Shown piece after piece: positions 18,924 through 25,548 of a stretch of DNA of 32,000 bases. The stretch is from a virus. The stretch's first letter is position 1. Every line of letters starts with the position of its first letter. The notes below the pieces were generated by a model. That model had not been told where the DNA came from, did not search any database, and saw only the letters and a program-made list of their open reading frames with translations. Location: the IMG/VR virus record IMGVR_UViG_3300029584_000162, positions 20,779-52,778 of that record; one strand, 5' to 3'. The position numbers were made by a program, and so were the translations under genes.

Positions 18924-19526
18924 ATGACTTTTTTCAGTTTTGCTCTGGAATTAGGGCGGCTCATGGTGCCGCAGCTCGCGGTACTCATTGTGCTATGTGC
19001 ATTGTGCGATTTCGCCGTGGGCAAGCTCAATGCGCCGAGACCGCCGGTGCTTGCGGTTCTGTGGCTATTCCTACTCATTGAAACACTTAACGTCGGCAGC
19101 CGCGTGACGCTGTTCTTCCAGAACTGGGAGTTCCAGATTCCCAAAGTCTCTCTTGGCATCCAGCTTGTGCTGCTGGCAGTCCTGGTGGGCTTGCCGGCTG
19201 CGAAGTATTTCGCGGGGAAGAAGTTCGCCAACTGCGGTGCTGTGAGTAAGGCGCTCGCTTTATTCTTTCATACCGTTCTTTCCCTCGCAGCGGCGATTGT
19301 ACTGCTGGCAAGCCTGTATTCTATAGTTATGGCACGAGCGGATTTCCCTGCGGATACTGCCAATGCAGTCTGCTTCGTTGTGGTTGTATTTGCGCTGTAC
19401 CAGCCCTTACTTATGCACTTTGGTGGGAACAGGCTGGACGACATCCTGTCGCTCATTCGGCAGGCCAATCGCAACGCGGTGTCTGTCCATCAGAATGATA
19501 CGAACCATGTCGGCGCAGGTAAGTAA
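18924..19526 (+). CDS. Multi-pass membrane protein
   Basis: ATG 18924 after aggaggaatgaaca; several hydrophobic segments. Confidence 0.6.
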   Translation: MTFFSFALELGRLMVPQLAVLIVLCALCDFAVGKLNAPRPPVLAVLWLFLLIETLNVGSRVTLFFQNWEFQIPKVSLGIQLVLLAVLVGLPAAKYFAGKKFANCGAVSKALALFFHTVLSLAAAIVLLASLYSIVMARADFPADTANAVCFVVVVFALYQPLLMHFGGNRLDDILSLIRQANRNAVSVHQNDTNHVGAGK

Positions 19527-19845
19527 ACACGCGAGGAAGCGTACAAAACAGCGTGCTGGCCTCGGCAAAAGAGCAGCCGTGCGCAATGCACAGAAAGCCT
19601 TTGACCTTGGCGTGAAGCACTCGGAGACCAATGGACGCTTAAACAAGTATCTCACCGCCATCTACTTCACTAACAAAACCATCAACAACCTGCGCATCTA
19701 TCACCGGCACGTCTACCTGTTTGCCGGAGATGTCCTTGTCACCGTGCTCAACCTGCCGAACAATTTGTGGCCGCAGGCTGATGCCTGCGAGAAGCGCAAG
19801 CGGGCAAGTTTGGAACGCCCTGTCTGTCAGGATAGTATTTCTTAG
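19507..19845 (+). CDS. Small basic hypothetical protein
   Basis: ATG 19507 overlaps the upstream stop; basic N-terminus 'SKHARKRTKQRAGLGKRAAVRNAQK'. Confidence 0.5.
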   Translation: MSAQVSKHARKRTKQRAGLGKRAAVRNAQKAFDLGVKHSETNGRLNKYLTAIYFTNKTINNLRIYHRHVYLFAGDVLVTVLNLPNNLWPQADACEKRKRASLERPVCQDSIS

Positions 19846-19850
19846 TTTTT

Positions 19851-20182
19851 CCCGCCGAATGGCGGGTGGGTGCGCCGGAAGCTCCGGCTCAGCCTCCTGT
19901 CATTTGGTGTGGCTTATGACCCGCAAGGAGAGTAAGCCTCGTCAATAAGCCTCAGCCGCAAGGCTACGATATGCCGGAATACATAGGCACCGGCGGATAC
20001 TCCACAAGTCCGCCGCTCTGCGGGTGCGTATTAAACATCTCTGAGGGGAAGGAGAAGTGTGCGTACCATCAAACCCGGTATATCCTTGGCGATGTGGACC
20101 ACAGTAACGCCGCGTGAGCGGTAAGTGCTGATTTACCAATTTTTTGGTTTGCCTAAGTAGGAGAATCTTCGTATTTTTAAGC
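19851..20182 (+). ncRNA. Omega-RNA/tracrRNA-like scaffold, copy B (IscB-proximal)
   Basis: As copy A; anti-repeat at 19896-19912, CGTCAAT at 19940-19946 can pair with repeat 5' GUUGACG. Confidence 0.8.
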
Positions 20183-20202
20183 GTTGAAATGCCAACTACC
20201 TG

Positions 20203-20436
20203 GTTGACGTACCCCGCCAAATGACAGGTAGCTATACCCAAAGCGACCAGCCGATGCGCCCATTGTAGTTGACGTATCCCACCAAATGACAGGTAGCTAT
20301 ACCAGTTGAGCATGGCAATGATGGGGATTTGCGAGTTGATGTCCCTAACCAAATGACAGGTAACTATACCCAAATGGCTTGGTTCTCACAAGTTCTTGTG
20401 GTTGACGTCCCCCACCAAATGACAAGAAGCTGCACC
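20203..20436 (+). CRISPR. CRISPR-like mini-array: 4 degenerate 36-nt repeats with 29-, 31- and 30-nt spacers
   Basis: Repeats at 20203-20238, 20268-20303, 20335-20370, 20401-20436; core GTTGACGTnCCCnnCCAAATGACAGGTAGCTATACC; spacers mutually unrelated. Confidence 0.82.
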
Positions 20437-20458
20437 CCGTAGTGAAAGGAAAAATAAG

Positions 20459-21853
20459 ATGCCAGTATGTGTTTTAAGTGCAAACGGTGAACGGCTGATG
20501 CCGACCGAAAATTACGGCAAAGTGCGCCATCTGCTGAAGGATGGCCGCGCTGTAATTGCGAAGCGGAACCCGTTCACCATCCAGCTGACCTACGAGACCA
20601 GTACCTATACCCAGCCCATCGAATTGTGCGTCGGCACCGGATATGAGCATATCGGCGTCAGCATTAAGGCAAAGGCAAAAGAGGTCGTATCGCAGCAATA
20701 TGATTTGCTCACGAACGAGCGCTCCCGCCATGACGACTGCCGAGCGTACCGCCGGACGCGCAGAAACCGCCTGCGGTATCGGGCTGCACGGTTCAATAAC
20801 CGTGTATCCAGCAAAATGCCCGGTTGGATTGCTCCGTCCCTGGATAACAAGGTGGAGCGGCACCTGGATATTATCTCCCGCTATCTATCTGTCATGCCTG
20901 TCAAGGATGTCTTTATCAAGGCCGCAACATACGATACACAGCTCCTTGCGGCGCTGGAGGCAGGGGAGCCTGTCCCGCAGGGTAAGGACTATCAGCATGG
21001 GCCACAGTACGGATACGATACACTGCGGGAAGCGGTCTTTGAACGGGACCACTATACCTGTGTGTATTGCAAGAGAGGTCTGAAAGACGGCGCTATCCTT
21101 CATGTCCATCACGCCTACTACTGGAAGGGTCTGCATGGGAACAGCATGAGGGAGCTTGCGACCTGCTGCGAGAAGTGCAACACACCTGCCAATCACAAGG
21201 AGGGCGGGAAGCTGTGGGGCTTCGATAAGCCTCTGCGGAAATATACCGGCGAAGCGTTTATGAATAGCGTGCGCTGGATTCTCTACCAGCGTGCGATGGC
21301 TCGCTTCCAGGGTGCTGCGGAAGTACACATGACCTATGGCGTCATCTCCAAGCGCGTCCGCACCAACCTCGGCCTCCCGTATTCCTGCGCTACGGATGCC
21401 TACTGCATGGGCGAGCTGCGTCCGGAAGCCAGATGCGAAACAGAGGTCTTCCAGAAATACAGGCGAAACAACAGAGTCCTATCCAAATTCTATGACGCCA
21501 AATATTACGACACACGGGAAAAGGGAGTTATCCGTTCTGGCAACGAGTTGTCCTCCGGCAGGACGAACCGCAATCATAACCTTGACGGCGAAAATCTGCG
21601 CCGGTTCCGTGGCTGTAAGAAGTCAAAGGGCCGAACCTCGACCAGAAAGCAGAGATATGCCATGCAGCCGGGAGATATCGTGGTCTACGGCAATCGCAAA
21701 TACGTTTCCAAGGGCTGCTCCAGCTACGGCAAGGCATTAAGCCTACTCACGGATGGAAAGCCGCTTATGGTCAGCATGAAGAAAATCCAGCTTGTTCGTC
21801 ATAAGGGCGGCTGGGTGCGGCTTCCCCATGCAGCAGCCGAGGCAAAAAAATAA
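20459..21853 (+). CDS. iscB: IscB homolog with substituted RuvC catalytic positions and retained HNH His pair
   Basis: PLMP-like '[21 protein letters not shown]', '[30 protein letters not shown]', bridge helix '[18 protein letters not shown]', HNH 'CVYCKRG...LHVHHAYY...[11 protein letters not shown]', 'DAYCMG', C-terminal '[15 protein letters not shown]'. Confidence 0.92.
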   Translation: [464 protein letters not shown]

Positions 21854-21995
21854 CCACCTGCGGATAAACCGTGGGCGGCGGAAATTGACAAAGCGGGGCC
21901 TTTTTGGTAAGATTACAATGCTCCAAAAGGAGCCAGAAAGGCGTTACCATATACGGTAGGCGGTCGGCACTTCCCTGTGGAGGGAGGTGATGCCA

Positions 21996-22082
21996 ATGGT
22001 TACTTACGAATCGCTTTTTGCGTATTCTCTTGTTATCATCGGCCTTGTGGGTCTGATAGTTCAGATTTGCAAACGAAAATGA
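21996..22082 (+). CDS. 28-aa putative holin-like type I toxin
   Basis: MVTYESLFAYSLVIIGLVGLIVQICKRK with RBS gagggaggtgatgcca; matches the short holin-like toxin pattern. Confidence 0.75.
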   Translation: MVTYESLFAYSLVIIGLVGLIVQICKRK

Positions 22083-22168
22083 CCGCCCCTCGCCAAAGGA
22101 AGACGGTCATTTCGTTTGACTCTATTCTCTTAGGCTGACCGCTTATCGGTATTGCCTTTCTGCTTTTT

Positions 22169-22196
22169 ATTATACACCAGCAAGCCGCTTTGTCAA
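22169..22196 (-). promoter_or_regulatory. Minus-strand promoter for a likely antisense antitoxin RNA
   Basis: Reverse complement reads TTGACA-16 bp-TATAAT, directed back toward the toxin ORF. Confidence 0.6.
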
Positions 22197-22216
22197 GCAA
22201 GACAAGGCGGCTTTTT
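22184..22216 (+). terminator. Plus-strand intrinsic terminator
   Basis: AGCCGCTTTGTC-AAGCA-AGACAAGGCGGCTTTTT. Confidence 0.7.
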
Positions 22217-22239
22217 GCCGCCGGAAAGGAGTTTTTCCC

Positions 22240-22737
22240 ATGAAAAGCATCATGCTCAGCATCCGACCGGAGTGGCTCCAGAAAATCCTGTCGGGTCAGA
22301 AGACCGTGGAGCTGCGCCTGTCCAGACCGAACCTTACGCCGCCCTTCATGGTATTTCTCTACTGCTCCTGCAAGGGTACAAAGAAGCCCGGTGAAATTCT
22401 TGAAATCCATAGCGGCGGCAAAATCTACAAGGCAAACGGTCTTGTGGTAGGGGAGTTTACCTGTACCGAAATTGACCGTGTGGTGCGCGTGGGCTATATG
22501 GGCAGCAACGCGCCGCTTCAATACTGTGTCAACGCACAACCTGGAAACTACACCCCAGCGGGGAAACTGTATGAGGACGCCTGCCTCACCGTGAAGCAAG
22601 CAGAGGACTACCTCTGTGGCCGCGTGGGATACGGATGGCACATCTCTGATGTGCAGACCTATGACCGGCCCAAGAGCCTCGACTGCTTCGCACTTGCGAG
22701 AGCACCGCAGAGTTGGCAGTACGTCCACGATTTTTAA
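22240..22737 (+). CDS. ASCH-domain (PUA-like) protein
   Basis: 'MKSIMLSIRPEWLQKILSGQKTVELRL...VVGEFTCTEI'. Confidence 0.8.
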   Translation: MKSIMLSIRPEWLQKILSGQKTVELRLSRPNLTPPFMVFLYCSCKGTKKPGEILEIHSGGKIYKANGLVVGEFTCTEIDRVVRVGYMGSNAPLQYCVNAQPGNYTPAGKLYEDACLTVKQAEDYLCGRVGYGWHISDVQTYDRPKSLDCFALARAPQSWQYVHDF

Positions 22738-22752
22738 GGAGGGATTCAAAAA

Positions 22753-22968
22753 ATGGCAAATTACAGAGTTTGTTTTCGGCTGCCCACATTTGTGGTACAG
22801 CTGAGCTTTGAGGCGGCAGAGAGGGATATCTCATACGAGGAAATTGCTGCATCCATCAACAAAGAGAAGGTCGCGGAACTTCTGTGTCTTGACGCACTGG
22901 GCTACAGTGCGGAAGACATAGAAATCATCACCCCGGAAGAGTATGACGAGGAGGTTGGAGCGGAATGA
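22753..22968 (+). CDS. Small hypothetical protein
   Basis: 71-aa ORF overlapping the start of the next gene. Confidence 0.5.
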   Translation: MANYRVCFRLPTFVVQLSFEAAERDISYEEIAASINKEKVAELLCLDALGYSAEDIEIITPEEYDEEVGAE

Positions 22969-24089
22969 ACACTGAGGAGCGTTTCCTGCTTCGCTCGTCA
23001 GTAGAATGGCGAAAGAATTTGATGCAGGATTGCTTGTGTATGCCGTGTGCTGAGTTCTCTGACTCTTTCGACGCAGCTGTAGACGCTGCCATCGCCACAT
23101 TCCCTGAGTTGGAGCGGGAAGCTATCTTAAAACGCTACCGCGACGGTCTTACACCAACACAATGCGCAAACGCACTGGAAATTGACATCGGCAAGTTCTA
23201 CTCTTGCTTCGACCTCGCCATAAGGAGGCTGCGTCACCCCAAATATGCGGGGGGTATCCTGAAAGAAATGCGCCGGTTTGCAGGCAGCCCTCTCGCCTCT
23301 GCTTTGAAGGAGGCCATTGAGAATGGCAACTGGAAAAAAATCGAGGAGTTGTGCGATTCTGTTCCGTTTCAGTGCCTCAATTTCTCGACTCGCACCAAGA
23401 ACTGCCTTATGTTCAGTGGTGCCCAAAGTATCGGCGATGTTGTTCGACTGATAGAGAGCGGCAAACTGAAGAATCTGCGCCAATGCGGGCAGGGGACCCT
23501 TCAGAATATTATCGACGTACTGGAAAAGGCTCTGCCGTTCCATTTCATCCTTGGAAAGCCAGCTCAATTCTGTCCGGAAACGAGTGATGCCTTCACCCGG
23601 AAGGAACACACTCGCCAGCTCTCTGCCATGCTGGAGCGATACATCGACCCGCGCAACGACCCACGCATCTACTGGGCGAGAGAGGTCACATTCGACTACT
23701 CTACGAACCACAAAATCCGCGTGGACTATATGCGCTTTCAGCCGCTCAACAATTCGACCTCCGGCATTGAGAAGGGGGACTTCTACGCCTACGAGGTCAA
23801 GTCCTCTGTGGAGGATTTCAAATCTCCTAACGGGCACAACTTCATCGCGGACTACAACTACTACGTTATGCCCGCAGACGTCTTCGAAGCGGTGAAGGAT
23901 ACTGTGCCATACGGCGTCGGTGTGCTTTGCCCGGACGGCGGGCATCTGCGATGCGTGAGGAAAGCCGTGAGGAAGGACCGAACCAGACCGGTCAGCGAGA
24001 TGCTGCTCATGCTGTGGCGCAGCTCACGAAGAGAGATTGTTGGAAGGAGAAACAAAAATGACAAAGAAACAAACGACAGACAAGATTAA
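22965..24089 (+). CDS. Fusion: sigma-region-4-like HTH, helix-hairpin-helix (RNAP alphaCTD-like) and PD-(D/E)XK-like nuclease (MmcB-like)
   Basis: 'ELEREAILKRYRDGLTPTQCANAL'; 'GKLKNLRQCGQGTLQNIIDVLE'; 'IRVDYMRF...GDFYAYEVKSSVEDF'. Confidence 0.55.
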   Translation: MNTEERFLLRSSVEWRKNLMQDCLCMPCAEFSDSFDAAVDAAIATFPELEREAILKRYRDGLTPTQCANALEIDIGKFYSCFDLAIRRLRHPKYAGGILKEMRRFAGSPLASALKEAIENGNWKKIEELCDSVPFQCLNFSTRTKNCLMFSGAQSIGDVVRLIESGKLKNLRQCGQGTLQNIIDVLEKALPFHFILGKPAQFCPETSDAFTRKEHTRQLSAMLERYIDPRNDPRIYWAREVTFDYSTNHKIRVDYMRFQPLNNSTSGIEKGDFYAYEVKSSVEDFKSPNGHNFIADYNYYVMPADVFEAVKDTVPYGVGVLCPDGGHLRCVRKAVRKDRTRPVSEMLLMLWRSSRREIVGRRNKNDKETNDRQD

Positions 24090-24456
24090 CAAGCCTGAGT
24101 TCGCCCCGGAGGAGTGGCGGAAGGCGGCCATTATGTACGATACATCCTTTGCCTGGTGTAAAAATCAAATTTCAGCCTGGGGTAAGAATCAAATTTCATT
24201 TACACCGGGCTTTAACGAGATGTTCGATGAAGCGCTGGACACACTTCCTGAGCGAAACCGCGATATCGTCCAAAAGTATTTTCGTGACAGAATGACGTTT
24301 TCGCAAATCGCCGACCTGCACGGCACCAGCAGAAGCATAGTTCGCCATCTGTGTATCTGGACGGTATGGAGGGTCATGAATTTGATTCTGCTGCGAGAAG
24401 GAAGCAACCAAAATGCTGCGCCACAAACAGGCGGAGGAACTGAAGGTGGGTATTGA
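24058..24456 (+). CDS. Small protein with sigma-region-4-like HTH
   Basis: 'LDTLPERNRDIVQKYFRDRMTFSQIADLHGTSRSIVRHL'. Confidence 0.5.
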   Translation: MTKKQTTDKINKPEFAPEEWRKAAIMYDTSFAWCKNQISAWGKNQISFTPGFNEMFDEALDTLPERNRDIVQKYFRDRMTFSQIADLHGTSRSIVRHLCIWTVWRVMNLILLREGSNQNAAPQTGGGTEGGY

Positions 24457-24940
24457 CATCAATAGCCTGCCGCTTTCCGCACAGATTCAGGTGCGTGCAA
24501 AGCTCGACGAGCAGAAGCGCGAACAGAAACAGCAGCGAGCAAAAAAACAGCCGGAAGCACAGAAAAGGCAAAAACAGCCGAAAGAAGCGGACGCTGCTGA
24601 GCCATCCAAATATCGCAACATAAAGGTCATTCGTGTGGTGGATGGAGAAACCGTGAAATTCCCCAGCAAGCGGGAGGCACGGCGCTTCGATGAACTGTAT
24701 TTGCAGTACAAGGGCGGTGCAATCCAGGACCTGCGGCTCCAGCAGGACTTCACGCTGGTCGAGGGCTATACACGGCCAAATGGCAAGCGGGTTCGCCCAA
24801 TGGTCTATAAGGCAGATTTCGTATACCTTCGCAACGGTAAACGCATCGTGGAAGACGCGAAGGGAAAACGAACCGAAAAGTATCTCATGAAACGCAAACT
24901 CATGTTGGAAAAGTACGGAATCGAAATTTCGGAGGTGTAA
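24413..24940 (+). CDS. DUF1064-like (PD-(D/E)XK-related) protein
   Basis: 'FPSKREARRFDELYLQYKGGAIQDLRLQQDFTL...YKADFVYLRNGKRIVEDAKGKRTEKYLMKRKLML'. Confidence 0.75.
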   Translation: MLRHKQAEELKVGIDINSLPLSAQIQVRAKLDEQKREQKQQRAKKQPEAQKRQKQPKEADAAEPSKYRNIKVIRVVDGETVKFPSKREARRFDELYLQYKGGAIQDLRLQQDFTLVEGYTRPNGKRVRPMVYKADFVYLRNGKRIVEDAKGKRTEKYLMKRKLMLEKYGIEISEV

Positions 24941-24945
24941 TATCA

Positions 24946-25449
24946 ATGTTTGAAAACGGTAAGTTCCCAACGATTGAAGAGCTTTTGGAACGGGGAGAAC
25001 ACCTCATTCAGAAGGCAGTTGACGGAAAAAGATTAAGCGGCGAGGAAACGCATTTTCTCGAATTGCAAAATATATGGCTTGCGCAAAGGAGGGATGAACA
25101 GGAAAAAAACTGCGCGCGTCCTCTTGTGGAGCAGCTCAAGAAAACAACCCCCTTTGTGCAGGATGTATTCCGCAGCACCGAATATTCCGAGTTCGCCCTC
25201 TGGTGCATTGAGATTCCCACTACCGCCAGCCGGCACAACGATGACGGCTCAAACGACATCTGCGGTTGTTGGATTACGGCAGACAACAGCACGACCTACG
25301 AGGAGATGTGTCGCCGTCTGGAAGGAGTGAAGACGAAAGCCGATATTCTGGCTCTCTCCACCACGCCAAGTACCGTTGAGGCAATCAGTTCGGCCACACC
25401 GCGCTGGAGGGCGGAGGTGGAGCAACTCCGCGCACAACAGCAAAAATAG
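24946..25449 (+). CDS. Hypothetical protein
   Basis: 167-aa ORF following the DUF1064-like gene. Confidence 0.5.
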   Translation: MFENGKFPTIEELLERGEHLIQKAVDGKRLSGEETHFLELQNIWLAQRRDEQEKNCARPLVEQLKKTTPFVQDVFRSTEYSEFALWCIEIPTTASRHNDDGSNDICGCWITADNSTTYEEMCRRLEGVKTKADILALSTTPSTVEAISSATPRWRAEVEQLRAQQQK

Positions 25450-25464
25450 TCTCTCCCATCCTGG

Positions 25465-25495
25465 AAGGCCGTCAGCACATCGCTGGCGGCCTTTT
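25465..25495 (+). terminator. Intrinsic terminator
   Basis: AAGGCCGTCAGC-ACATC-GCTGGCGGCCTTTT. Confidence 0.7.
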
Positions 25496-25497
25496 GA

Positions 25498-25526
25498 TTG
25501 ACAAATAAGCTATTGTGTGGTATAAT
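25498..25526 (+). promoter_or_regulatory. Promoter TTGACA-17 bp-TATAAT upstream of the sigma factor gene
   Basis: ttgaca 25498-25503, aataagctattgtgtgg, tataat 25521-25526. Confidence 0.8.
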
Positions 25527-25548
25527 TGCTGCATTCAGTGAAGGGGGG

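Noticed and set aside
20203-20436. Classical type II CRISPR-Cas9 locus
   Set aside because: No cas1/cas2/csn2 or Cas9-sized ORF is visible; the effector is a 464-aa IscB with a PLMP-like domain and the repeats are degenerate. Treated as an IscB-linked CRISPR-like array.
19851-21853. Ordinary IS200/IS605-type IscB transposon with one cis-encoded guide
   Set aside because: No repeat-like guide-adapter 5' strand lies upstream of the scaffold; the repeats sit between scaffold and iscB, and I could not define transposon ends downstream of iscB.
22036-22749. 237-aa minus-strand ORF
   Set aside because: Antisense to the ASCH-domain protein and toxin region; no recognisable motifs.
25498-25548. Annotated N-terminal extension of the sigma factor ORF
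   Set aside because: It overlaps a perfect TTGACA-17-TATAAT promoter, so translation from 25498 is implausible.
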